From: Amphiscolops sp. MND2022
Lineage: Eukaryota
Length of the DNA stretch: 64,000 nt
Reading direction: 5' to 3'
Assembly: GCA_964187785.1 (NCBI GenBank)
Contig: OZ076414.1
Location: forward strand, 33,108,001-33,172,000
Position 1 is the first letter of the stretch. The number at the start of each line of letters is the position of its first letter. The notes beneath the pieces were generated by a model. That model saw only the letters and a program-made list of their open reading frames with translations. It was not told the origin of the DNA and ran no database searches. The position numbers were made by a program, and so were the translations under genes. Below, piece by piece: positions 37,601-48,918 of the stretch.

Positions 37601-38795
37601 GGAGAATGATTTCAGAAGTGAGAAATTATTTACTGCACTTGTTATCTTCGGAAAAATGATTTCCTTGACATTCTTTTTTGAAGAGTCACTTTCCCGTATA
37701 GATAAAAATAGAATTACGTCAAATGATGTAACCCTATTTATAGTGTACGAATTTGCAGTTGTATGACGTTCGAATCCAGGGCTTTTTTTGGAAATGTACG
37801 TTTACGCATAAGCGGTACACGAATTTATGCATATTAACGTATAATTAGCGCTAAGAGAAACGTCACATGACGTATATATCAATATAGGCAAAAGCACTCA
37901 TCCTTGAGATCCAAAAACGCATATTATTGCTCATACGCACGCTGAGAACACGTACAATAACGTATAAACAAAAAATGGGTTCGTTAATTTATGCGTCACT
38001 TCAAGAACCCAGTATTGTCGCATATTCATTTACTGCATAATACCGCATATACGTTATACAATGGAATGCGTGATGACGCATAAGCACACTTCAGTAACAC
38101 GTTTAAGCGAAATTGTTCTCTTGGTTTAGATTTCAGAACGAAATGACTGGTCATGACCTCAAAACTGTTGTTGATTGCTTATGCCGTCTTTAGATGAAGA
38201 TGTGATTACGTAATAAGAGCTTCAACAAAAAAATTCGAACGGAATTTTCAAAAATTTCCAGTGAATTGATTACATTGATTTTGAAGACGCAAAAAGGCTG
38301 TGCGTTCTTTTCGGTTCACGTAATAGTTAAAAGTCTGAAATTCAAGCCAGCAACTAAACCACTCGACCGATGGATCTTAATCAACAAAAACAACCCACTT
38401 CAAGTTAGTATAGCTGCTGTTTCGATTCAAGGAAGTATTTTTTTGTATATGGTATCCCCCGTATTTGTTCGGTTGTCTGCTTTCCTACTTCGACCTTCTT
38501 GTGAAAGTATTTTCGATGGTTATTTTTTTGTTTTTAATGTGACCGGTATGTATTTGGTATGGAGCTTCAGCTCATCTCAGGGACTGATTGTTATCGGTTT
38601 GTATAGGTCTTTTCCGGACCTATCATGGGTTGGATGTTTCGAAGTCGCTCTCGTCTTGATCTCCGATCTCTCCTTGCTCACTTTCTGATTCACGTGTTCG
38701 GTTTTGGATTACCTTCAGTTTTCCATTGAGGATATCTTTCATGATTTCATTCCACTCGGTGTACCTCCCGTATACACCGAGTAAACAATTTCTGT

Positions 38796-39395
38796 TTTTA
38801 GTCGGCGCCTTTTCCTATAAGGAAAAAAGTCCGACTATTACAGTGGCTAGTTTTTTCTAATTTTTTTTGTCAGACCACAGAGCTCATCACGTATGTACCA
38901 CTTTTTACAGAAACTGATAAGACTACTCAGGCCAAGTCAGGCCAATGGAAACTTAGTGCAAAGGGTCCCCCCTTTCATTTTCTACCTTTTTACGTAACCT
39001 ACAAAACCGGAAGAGACCAAAGGTTCCCCCCTTTCAATTTTTTTTCGACACTGTGCGAAATTTTTTTCGAAATAATTTTAAGGTCTCAAAAGAGTCCCCC
39101 ATTCAAGTTTTTTGATATTTTGCAACAGAATGTATGTTAATGAATCCCGAAGGGTCCCCCCTTTTCATTCTTGGGCACTATGCGACATGTTCAAAGTTTT
39201 TTTTCAAAATTTTTTAAACTTTGTTCCCAGTCGGGAAACAGTGATTTTCCAGTCATATCGAGCATGAAAGGCACACTTTGGGTGTCTCGAAAGTGTTTTC
39301 AAAGTTTTTCATGAATACGTCTTGAGTATATTTACAAAACTTTGCGCTTCTTGAGCCTTAGATATAGCGCTGACTTTAGATGTTCCCGTCTTGTT
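38796..39395 (+). mobile_element. HINE-like (Helentron-associated) non-autonomous repeat inserted in the Gypsy
   Basis: 5' TTTTAGTCGGCG...CCGACTATTACAGTGG hairpin, internal AGGGTCCCCC repeats, 3' GCGCTGACTTTAGATGTTCCCGTCTTGTT. Confidence 0.6.
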
Positions 39396-42300
39396 CGGTG
39401 ATATTTTGCCACCAAATTTGGGTGTTTCCTTTCGCTCTGAAATACAATTGGTACCAAAAAATTGGTTCTGAAAAACAAATGGTCCCGTCGGTGTGCAGTA
39501 ATCGGTTTCAATGCTTTTCGATTTGCAAACTTCGGTATATTCTTTGGAAATTAATTCTCCTTCTTTATCGGATTTATTCGTTTCCGGTGTTCCGTATAGA
39601 AAAATTTTTTGCGTTAGGAAAATGCTTGTTTCGGATGTTTTACAAGTTTGTTGTCGGCCAATTGCTAAATCTATCGAACGCTACCAAAATTTGTTTTTCT
39701 TCCTTCAATTTTTCGTTGGGTAATTTCCCCGAGAAATTGATTTGGATTTCTTGTCCCAGTTCGGTGAGTGTTTTCATCCTCCGCAATTATTTTTCACTAT
39801 TTGGTATTTTAATTTCTCACCGGACGCTAGACAGACTACACACGTTTTTCGCTCTTTCTCTGATGTCTTGTGTAATGTTGGGCCACCAGAAATTTTTCGC
39901 TTCCTCTGCTATTTCTTTTGTTCCCGCATGCCCGTAGTGCAAGGTATCCAAGAGCTTCTTTCTGAGTTTTTTCGAGACAATGATTTTATAATCGTTAAAT
40001 ATCAGTCTGCAATCCATTGACAGGCTATTGAATTGCTGCTTTTATTGTTCCTGTGCCATGCTGCAATCAATTCGGGATATTGTCAATTTAAGTCCCTTTA
40101 AACCGGCGTTGGTTGTTGATTTCACTTTCATTGAGTTTAAATCCTGCATGAATTCCATATCGGCTTTCCTAATGGTTTCTTCCCTGGCTTTTATCCCTTC
40201 GGTTACTGCTCTGACTATTTGATTTTTTTTTGAGTGAATGTGCCTCTTTTTTGTCCGTATTGTAATTCCGTAGGTGGAAAATTGACAGATTATCCCCTCT
40301 AATCATTTGGCTTTCGCATTAGCTTTCGGGGTCTTCTAGCAGTTCTTGGGCTCCAGTTCTATTTCTTCGTCTGGTACAATTTCGTTCGCTGCTGCAAGTT
40401 GGTAGCCCTCACCCAATCTGTTGGCCCGGTTGATTAGCTCTCCGTCTATGTTCGCAATTTCGTCTCTGTTTCTCTTATTTGGTCTAGCAGGGACCTAAAG
40501 AGTTCTCTGCGCGTCTTGATCATATCGTCTTCTCATGGATCCAGGTATTGCAATTTCCAGTCCCGTTTTCCACAATCAAAGTGTTTCCTGCCTTTTCTTC
40601 TATTTCTGTTGATTTTCATGATTTCGGTCGATGCGCCCCGAAGGAAAAAATTTCGGTCAATTTCGTTTTGACAACACGGTAATAGTAACTCACTTGTTTG
40701 AATCTTATCGCGTTTGAACTTCTGCAATTTGTTATTCGGACTGGTTTCTGTTTGCTTTTTTTTACTTTGTTCACGCTTCAGTTTTTCTCTGTTGTTCTAC
40801 TGCTTTCTGATTGGTTCATGGTTTTCATTCTCGTGTGTCTTCGCTTTATTCGGTCTGTTTTGTGGTTCGCTAGGATAGATGTTTCCCTATTTCAAACTTA
40901 GTTTGGCTTGTTTTTTGAGGATGTTTATCACGTATTGTTCATTGTGTACGTTTTGGGTCGCGGCGCCCTCCACCGGATTTCGGCTGAGGTAATCGGCAAT
41001 TTAAAATGGCTTCCTGTTTGGCGTTGTACAAGAACATCAAAATGCCTGCCGGTCGAGTCATGTGGTTAGTTTGGGACAGTATTGTTTATTTTATCTACTT
41101 CGTTTAATTATTGGTTCTAAGTCTTTTTGGTCGGTATATAAATATACCTACCCGCCGTATAGATTAAATCGGAATTTCTCTTTTCCCCAGACAACTGCGA
41201 GTAATTCTAGTTCTCCAATTGAGTCGATTTTTGAGGTGTCATTTAAGAATTTGCCTCCGAATGCTATCTTTTTCTTCTCCCTGTTCAATTGCATTTGCCG
41301 CAATTTTATCCCGAGACCAGTTCGCTTGCATCGGTAGTTACTATGTTGTCTTTATTGCTTTCAATTGTTCATTGTTCAGTTTTTTGCGGTTTTCGTCAAT
41401 GTCGTGCACCAGTCGTTTCATTGTGTTCCGGAAGAATTCGCGCTTTTTTTCTCACTGGCTCTGTATCCGTCTCTTTCTTGTTTCCTCAGCACCTCAAATA
41501 TTTTTTTTCCGTGTTCTTCTTTGTTTCCTCGCGTTACCACTGCTACGTCATCCAGTCTTTTCGGTGTACAAAATTCTACTGTTCGGTCAATTGTTTTGGA
41601 ATATTGTGGAAATGTCGGGCAATCCGTAAAAACCACTTTTTAAATCGGTAATATCCGCTAAAATTTTCCCCGGTCGTGGCCAATACGCATTGTCGGCTGG
41701 TTTTTTCTGATAATTTCATTTGGTCATATGAGTAGTCTATATTAAATTTCCATATCATGACTTCTTTTGTTGAGTCATTTGTTCTTTCTACCTAAATTTG
41801 ATTTACACGTTCTTCCATATTTGGTAGGTGGTCGACTTTTGATTCAGGTGTCATTCCGTTTCCGTGAATCTAAAGCAATTTTTACCGATTTTTCGTTCTT
41901 TACGGTTAGTACTACTGTTGAAACAACACAATCATCATATATCTGTTTCATTCTCTCCAGGTGTCTTGGTTTTGCTAGTTTTTCTAAATCTTTTCCGACT
42001 GCTTCCTGTAGGTCTAGTGGTGTCGGTCTTGTTTTTGGTTTCTCCGAATAGTTTCCCGGTTTCAGCTGTATAATAATTTCGGCGTCTTTAACAGTGGTGT
42101 GATTCTTGACTATGTCCGTAAACTTGCTGATCTCATTTCTTTTTTTTTGGATTGGCTGTTCGGGTCCACTCCGGATTTCCACTTTTAAACTTGCATTTTT
42201 TCAACCAGTCCATTCCGAGCAATGGCGTTATGTCATTTCTTTTGATAATGATTGTTTGGATTTTTTAGTCGACGCTTTTCGTAGAAAAACGCAGACTCTA

Positions 42301-42419
42301 GTTGTGACTTTTCTTTTTTTAAGACCAACGAAGTGGCACTTTTTATAAGTTTTATGAGCTGACTTGAACTATCACTAATTGTTAAACTACTTCTACTGGC
42401 ACTTGATATGGTTAATTAG

Positions 42420-42615
42420 GTTTTTTTGAGGACCCCTTTTACATTTTTCGGCACTATGCGACTTCCCAGGGACCAAAAACTAATTTTGAAAAAAAAAAAA
42501 ACTTCAATATTTTCCTCATGTGGGTACTGTAGAAGAGAATACTTGACACTTTGAAGTCCTTCTGCATTTTTTGAGCCTTAGATATGGCGCCGACTTTGGC
42601 CCTTCCCGGCTTGTT
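42420..42615 (+). mobile_element. 3' fragment of the same HINE-like repeat
   Basis: Ends GAGCCTTAGATATGGCGCCGACTTTGGCCCTTCCCGGCTTGTT. Confidence 0.55.
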
Positions 42616-43808
42616 ATTTATTGTTTTCGTATTCAATGTATGCCTTCATCATTCCCCGAAACTTTACTTTGTTCGTAATTACATCTTGGTACCGGTGTTT
42701 GATTTTTTGTGGTCCGGTTTCTTTCATCATTTCTTTATCCGTCAGCAATATTGAAAATGCTCCGGTTTCTATTATGAATTCTATTTCCGTTCCGTTTATT
42801 TTCAGTGTTGTTGTCGTGGGTGATTTTTCTACTTTTCAGTTTATTTTTCAATTTTTGTAGTTACAGGCTTTTCAATCGTCTGTTTCTTCTCTAATCGTTG
42901 TGTTTTCAATTGCGGTCACATTCCGTATTCCGTATTTACCTTTTGTATTTGTTTTCTGATCTGCAAGCTCTCGCAAAAAGAACCTTGCTTCTGCAGTTGT
43001 TACATGTTTAGTTTAGTGCGGAGCGTTTTTGTGTTGGAGTCTAGCTCTGTGCATTGCAGAACTTGCACTGTCTGTTGTTGTTTAATCTATTCTTCGGTCT
43101 TGTCGCAAATTCGTCCGTTCTTTGGATCGGTTTTTCAAATTTTCTTTTTCCTGACTAGATATTAGTGCTTCCGGTGTTGTGTTCTTGCAGTTTTGCTTTT
43201 CGTGAGTTTTTTGGTTTATCATTTCGATCGTTTTTTTTACATTTCAACTTTTTTCACTTTCAATAGTTTATCCGGAGCTTTTTGTCCGTAATTGCAGTCA
43301 TAGATTTTAAGTTCATAGTTCATCCCATTTATGGTTACGTTTTGTTTTCGGTAAGAAGTGTTCGTTGAAAAGCCGTATTGAGTTTTGACTGCTACTTGGT
43401 TCGGTTCGGTATTCTGCCCGTGGCATCTGGTACAATGCTTCTGGGCCGATGCCCCATATGAAATCTTGTTGTATTTCAGTGTGTTTTCCGGCCAACTGGT
43501 TTGTGTCAATCCGGACCCTCGCATCAATTCTGCTATGTCATTTTTGTGTTTCCTTTTCGTGTATGGTCGAAAGACTTTGAGCCAATGTTTCGGTGTGTAT
43601 GTCTTCTTTCCAGTGATGATAGCCTCGAAATTAAGAACTTCATTTTTCAATACCTTGATTTCAGTAAAGTAATGTCAATAAAAATGAATTCCTGACTGCG
43701 GCATGTTATATTTCAAAAGGTCTAATAAAAAAGTACTGCTTCAAAAAAGTCGTTAATTCTATATCAACTGATTTATGTAGCAAAAATAAATACCAACGGT
43801 CCTTTATC

Positions 43809-44008
43809 NNNNNNNNNNNNNNNNNNNNNNNNNNNNNNNNNNNNNNNNNNNNNNNNNNNNNNNNNNNNNNNNNNNNNNNNNNNNNNNNNNNNNNNNNNNN
43901 NNNNNNNNNNNNNNNNNNNNNNNNNNNNNNNNNNNNNNNNNNNNNNNNNNNNNNNNNNNNNNNNNNNNNNNNNNNNNNNNNNNNNNNNNNNNNNNNNNNN
44001 NNNNNNNN
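43809..44008. other. Assembly gap (200 N)
   Basis: Run of N. Confidence 1.
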
Positions 44009-44115
44009 CCCCCCTTCTGAGGGGACACAATTTGCTTTCTTTTCATAACGTTCAGTTCATTGATATTACCAGTTTTCCGAACTAATTCAATATTAACCTC
44101 GGACTTTCTTTATAA

Positions 44116-44757
44116 ATGCCTACTACTAGGAAACAGAAGAAAGCAAGGAAATCTAGAGAAGCAGAAATGCTATCAGACATTGAGAATTTGGATATTATGC
44201 TCGGAGGAAACCACTTTGATAGAAATGAGAGAAGTGAAAGTATGAATAGTAATCAGGCCGGTAGGCCAGAAAGCTTATTTGAAGATGAACGTGAAGATGA
44301 GAATGAGAATGAGTTCCCAAACCCAGGAAATAATGGACCTAGCCCAAATACCGAATTAGGCCAAAATTCAATCAGGGAGAGTTCAAGTGTTGAGATCAAT
44401 AGACTATCGAGCGAGTTAAATTCCCGTATATCTCGAGAGATGGATGGAATGATGAACAGCGTCAGTGTTCAGATTCAAAGGGCAATAAATGAAGCGATCA
44501 GTAGTCAAATTTTGCCTCAAATCCAAAATGCAGTTATGGCCGGGTCTGGACAGTTGACCAAAGAGAGATGGAACGTTCCGGCCGAGAGACCAGAAGGATA
44601 TTCCGAAGTGCTGCAAAACTTAGAACCTAGGAATAATTCTAAGAGTAAGCAGGCCAATGACCGCCTCAAAGACGGATTCACAAGCACGAACCCTCGTGCT
44701 TACGACATGGTGACAGGAGTGGGATCGACAGCAGAGTTAGAGACAAAGGTAAGATGA
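44116..44757 (+). CDS. LTR-encoded 213-aa ORF (probable gag N-terminus) reading through the PBS
   Basis: ATG at 44116; 197 codons lie inside the LTR; the LTR terminal A plus PBS TG forms the ATG of ...AYD-MVTG. Intact frame. Confidence 0.6.
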   Translation: MPTTRKQKKARKSREAEMLSDIENLDIMLGGNHFDRNERSESMNSNQAGRPESLFEDEREDENENEFPNPGNNGPSPNTELGQNSIRESSSVEINRLSSELNSRISREMDGMMNSVSVQIQRAINEAISSQILPQIQNAVMAGSGQLTKERWNVPAERPEGYSEVLQNLEPRNNSKSKQANDRLKDGFTSTNPRAYDMVTGVGSTAELETKVR

Positions 44758-45502
44758 ATTCCAGCTAGGAGATTCCCAGTAAGAGAAACAATTGATATAT
44801 AAATAGAATTCGAATGGAATTAAAGATGAATAAAGGAATTGGAAAGTTGGAGTTCGTGGCTGAAGATTTACCAGACTAATATTATTTGATTATCTACACA
44901 TTTAAATCTGTACACGGAGTCTGCCAGCGAAATGTACAGGACGTATCTCGCTATTTACAACCTTGTTACAATTAGTGGCCGATTATGGCCGTTTACCCCA
45001 ATTTATGTTGCCGTTTTGTTCAGTTTTCCAAGTTACCTTAGTTAGATTTTCGCCATTTTAGTTATTCAAAATTATTATTTTCTGCCATCTTTATTATTCA
45101 TTTTCCAAATTTATCGAAACTCAAATTCGATTGGCTGAAGCCATTTCAGTGAGTTTCATCCGACAAGTGCCGTTAATTGCTATTTAGCTTGATGTTGATT
45201 ACCCACTTGAAGTGGAATTATTTGTTGTTGTCAACTTAACACCTCTTCGCATACTCACTTGAGAGAGTGAGAAAGGGGGGGTTCCATTCCGAATTTCAAA
45301 GGATAAATAAGCCGCTGAGAAATTCCATTCTAGAAAATTTACGACGGATCAGGGCGATTGGCCATGGTCTCTCCCGCCGAAATGGGACTCCGGGAAAATA
45401 GCCTGAATTGGCCTGAAGAAAATTTTGACAAACTTATTCAACTTTGAACCCTGCAAGCAACAAGTCGCCCTGCGAATCAACAAAATTGCAAAAAAGATAA
45501 TA

Positions 45503-46294
45503 ATGGCTAAATTTAACTTAGCAAGAAAGCTTTTCGACTTAGAAGAATCGGATTCAGAAGCCTCCGTAAATTCGGTCATCTACCTATCGAGTGACGAGGA
45601 GGAAGGCACCTCATCTACCTCATGGGATTCCGATTGGTCCACGGACACCGAGGCTATCATAGAGAGAATCGAGAGGGAAGTCAAGTCAAGCCCAATTTTA
45701 ATCGCAGGTCGCAAGATGACTGTGGAGGAGCAGGCTACAGAATCAGCAGCTGGACCGAGTAATCTTCAAATGTGGCCGCCTTCGACTCCGAAATTGGGAT
45801 TCAAACACTTTGACGAGAAACTCCTGTATGCGCCGATGAGAAAGGCAGAAAGAACCCGGATAGAACTTTGCAACACAATTCTACCAGTATTGGAATCGCC
45901 GTTGTCTCCGCCCGAACATGAGAGAGGGCCGTCCCAAGACGAGCTCATGGAACAGCCAGTTAGCACCAGCTTCCACGCATCTTACCACATCCAACAAGTA
46001 CAGCCGTATTCGGATCTTAGTAAACAGTTGGGCCGTGGATGTATGGTCTGTGGAAGATCAGTGGACGAAATTAAACAAGAGAAGGTGAATTGGTACATGA
46101 GTAGATCAACACCGCGCAATGAACCGGCATACATAACGGACTTGAGGAGAGAAGCCTACGAAAATGGTCTACATGCCGGAAGTCTTCTTTTCCTAGCACC
46201 CGCAGTGTCGCAGGCTGCCGCTTGCGATGGGACACGAATCACAACGACTACTAACGAACAAGAAGCCGTACCAGGCACTCTACCCACATTTTAG
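45503..46294 (+). CDS. Orphan acidic Ser-rich ORF (263 aa from first ATG; frame open from 45425) inside the LTR element
   Basis: Uninterrupted frame with an acidic N-terminus (SSDEEEG...WDSDWSTD) and a CxxC (GCMVCG). No recognised domain. Confidence 0.55.
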   Translation: MAKFNLARKLFDLEESDSEASVNSVIYLSSDEEEGTSSTSWDSDWSTDTEAIIERIEREVKSSPILIAGRKMTVEEQATESAAGPSNLQMWPPSTPKLGFKHFDEKLLYAPMRKAERTRIELCNTILPVLESPLSPPEHERGPSQDELMEQPVSTSFHASYHIQQVQPYSDLSKQLGRGCMVCGRSVDEIKQEKVNWYMSRSTPRNEPAYITDLRREAYENGLHAGSLLFLAPAVSQAAACDGTRITTTTNEQEAVPGTLPTF

Positions 46295-47232
46295 GAGAAT
46301 TATTCAAAACTTTCAGTAAAACTCACTGTTGTTTTATTACATTCATTATGTATTCGGATTGAATATTAGTCTGATTAATACCCGTGTTAGAATTCAAACG
46401 GTGATGATTATGTTTATATGATGAATTGTTTAGCAGTGACGTAATGTAATAAAGGCAAGTGTAAAGCTTAAAGGAAACGAGTTCAAGTGAACAAAACTCC
46501 AATTCCGGAGACGTCACTTGAGCTCATTTCATTAGCCAATCAGAACGCTCTATCCTGCTGTGCATTATACTGTCATATTTGTTTGGCCGTATACGGCCAC
46601 TTGACGCTATACTTTATTTTGTAAGCGAACCAAAGGTAAATGGCCGGATTAGGCCATTCCAACTATTAGCTTATGTAATTGTTTAATTTGAGTATGCATG
46701 TTATTTAAAGTCATGTAGGATTATATTTGTATTTAGAAGGCGCTAATGGGGCTATTTAAACCCAATTGATGTAGTTGTGATCACCAGTCATAAAACTCTA
46801 AATACTAGTCCAGCGGGCTAAACCGGTCACTTTAATTGGCTGGTACCTTTGTCAAATGGCCGAATTGGGCCGCGCTCACCTTTTATTAGTGCATATAATT
46901 AGAGTTGCTACCTGATGAATTAGCCTGCGTGTGCAGGCACGTGCCTTAGATATCTCACATACCTGTTGACACAAATATTACTTTGAAGTGTCTGAACATG
47001 TATTTGCCTTGATGTTAATTGTTACGGGAATGCGGACTAAACCGTCCCCCGTACTTTGAAGCCATCATGAGTATGTAATTGAGTGCTTTCCTCAGGAATT
47101 CTTCCGACCCTAAATTCCTGAATCACTTTGATGCAATAGCTATTTTTCAATCCTCGTAAAATCTCACGATCCTTTAGAATATGTAAACATTTCAATAATA
47201 TGTGGAAAATGTGAGTGTCATGCCTCAGGAGG

Positions 47233-47250
47233 TATATATATATATATATA
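47233..47250. repeat. (TA)9 microsatellite
   Basis: TATATATATATATATATA immediately upstream of the repeated LTR segment. Confidence 0.95.
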
Positions 47251-47356
47251 CCCCCTTCTGAGGGGACACAATTTGCTTTCTTTTCATAACGTTCAGTTCA
47301 TTGATATTACCAGTTTTCCGAACTAATTCAATATTAACCTCGGACTTTCTTTCTAA

Positions 47357-47965
47357 ATGCCTACTACTAGGAAACAGAAGAAAGCAAGGAAATCTAGAGA
47401 AGCAGAAATGCTATCAGACATTGAGAATTTGGATATTATGCTCGGAGGAAACCACTTTGATAGAAATGAGAGAAGTGAAAGTATGAATAGTAATCAGGCC
47501 GGTAGGCCAGAAAGCTTATTTGAAGATGAACTTGAAGATGAGAATGAGAATGAGTTCCCAAACCCAGGAAATAATGGACCTAGCCCAAATACCGAATTAG
47601 GCCAAAATTCAATCAGGGAGAGTTCAAGTGTTGAGATCAATAGACTGTCGAGCGAGTTAAATTCCCGTATATCTCGAGAGATGGATGAAATGATGAACAG
47701 CGTCAGTGTTCAGATTCAAAGGGCAATAAATGAAGCGATCAGTAGTCAAATTTTGCCTCAAATCCAAAATGCAGTTATGGCCGGGTCTGGACAGTTGACC
47801 AAAGAGAGATGGAACGTTCCGGCCGAGAGACCAGAAGGATATTCCGAAGTGCTGCAAAACTTAGAACCTAGGAATAATTCTAAGAGTAAGCAGGCCAATG
47901 ACCGCCTCAAAGACGGATTCACAAGCACGAACCCTCGTGCTTACGACAGAAGAAGAATTAACTGA
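47357..47965 (+). CDS. 3' LTR copy of the LTR-encoded ORF (202 aa), running into flanking DNA
   Basis: Nearly identical to 44116-44707; after ...AYD it reads RRRIN* from the flank. Confidence 0.5.
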   Translation: MPTTRKQKKARKSREAEMLSDIENLDIMLGGNHFDRNERSESMNSNQAGRPESLFEDELEDENENEFPNPGNNGPSPNTELGQNSIRESSSVEINRLSSELNSRISREMDEMMNSVSVQIQRAINEAISSQILPQIQNAVMAGSGQLTKERWNVPAERPEGYSEVLQNLEPRNNSKSKQANDRLKDGFTSTNPRAYDRRRIN

Positions 47966-48463
47966 TCGCTTCTAGACCGGAAAGATCAATTGTTCAAAAC
48001 CCACCCGTCGAAGTATTTCACAGAAGATGATTCACTGCTAATTTCGTACTAGCGTAATTTACGGTCATTTCGTTGAAATTTGCTTGAAAAGAAAACAAAA
48101 TTTGATATTAATGGGCAAAAAAAATTCGGGCAATTTCGTGATGGGAAGATTGGAAATGCAGTAAAACTTTACTGCATTTGGTTTCTTTTAAGTGGTTATT
48201 GTGCAAGTACTTCTTTAGGTAGTTAATATCTTATATTTTTTAAGAGATATTGGCATGACAAGAAGTCTCCAGTATTGAGATCTTGTATCATAAACTTGGA
48301 ATGCTTTTGAAAAATTGGCAACATTGTCTCAGTGTAAAAGAATGCGTTTTCGGTTTCTTCTACTGACAAAGATTTGGAATCTTATTCCTCATTTCATTAT
48401 TTCAGGTTTGAGTGTGAAATGTTTGACAATACTGAAAAAAAATTCAAATTCTATTCTTAAAAC

Positions 48464-48918
48464 TCTAGGATTATGAGCAGGATTGCGATTGAAGATGATT
48501 GGAGAAGTGAATATTGTTTTGAAAATTATTTGATCTGATTTGGTGCATAATAGGTTGAGCACCCCGAATTTGAGAGCTCTAAACAGGTTAATTTACATAA
48601 GATAAAGAGTGGCGGCAGATTCCTCGATACGCATATAAATTCCAAGGAGTCCACGACGTGAGTCGTACCATATATTGTGATGACGTAACATAATTCTGTG
48701 AAACGTAACATCGTTCAGTGAAATTGACCGCAGTTCTGTGAAATGACCGAAAAGGCGCATTCCAATTTAAGTTCACGTCAATCAATTGTTGTTGTGTATT
48801 TTCACTCTCGTTGTGAATTCATTTACACTGTTACGCGGCTTGAGTCAGGTTAATTCACTTTTCAATGTATGCTTTTTCTTTCAAACACTTGAAAGAATCT
48901 AGCTCGACATTTCTTACA
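48464..48918 (-). repeat. Copia 3' LTR
   Basis: Starts TGTAAGAAA after the PPT and ends ...CCTAGA; roughly 85-90% identical to the 5' LTR by eye. Confidence 0.9.

Larger units (their letters stand above)
28124..38434. repeat. Tandem duplication of a ~4.57-kb TE-mosaic unit, 2.25 copies (28124-32695, 32696-37273, 37274-38434)
   Basis: The ORF track repeats at offsets of 4572 and 4578 bp (28215/32787/37365). Shared sequence starts at TTTCGAATAAC and the third copy breaks after GATTCAAGGAA. Copies differ by scattered substitutions and small indels. Confidence 0.95.
38435..43660 (-). mobile_element. Decayed Ty3/Gypsy internal region (gag-pol)
   Basis: Gag KNEVLNFEAII...QQDFIWGIGPEALYQ (43237-43650); protease IIETGA (~42780); RT IIQLKPG...PLDLQEAV...VKIALDSR, LDDVAVVTRG (41418-42182); integrase LHYGHAGT...WWPNIT (39817-40017). 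Many stops; two HINE-like insertions. Confidence 0.88.
44009..47948 (+). mobile_element. Non-autonomous LTR retroelement with ORF-bearing LTRs (5' LTR truncated by the gap)
   Basis: Near-identical direct repeats 44009-44707 and 47251-47948, both ending ...TACGACA. The first is followed by PBS TGGTGACAGGAGTGGGAT (44708-44725), matching the complement of a tRNA-Leu 3' end as I recall it with one mismatch. Strong PPT GAGAGAGTGAGAAAGGGGGGG at 45261-45281. No pol. Confidence 0.8.

Noticed and set aside
28215-38688. Short ORFs recurring in each tandem unit as a conserved gene cluster
   Set aside because: They recur only because the DNA is duplicated; most start with non-ATG codons and overlap TE remnants.
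43773-44046. ORFs containing X runs
   Set aside because: Artefacts of the N gap.
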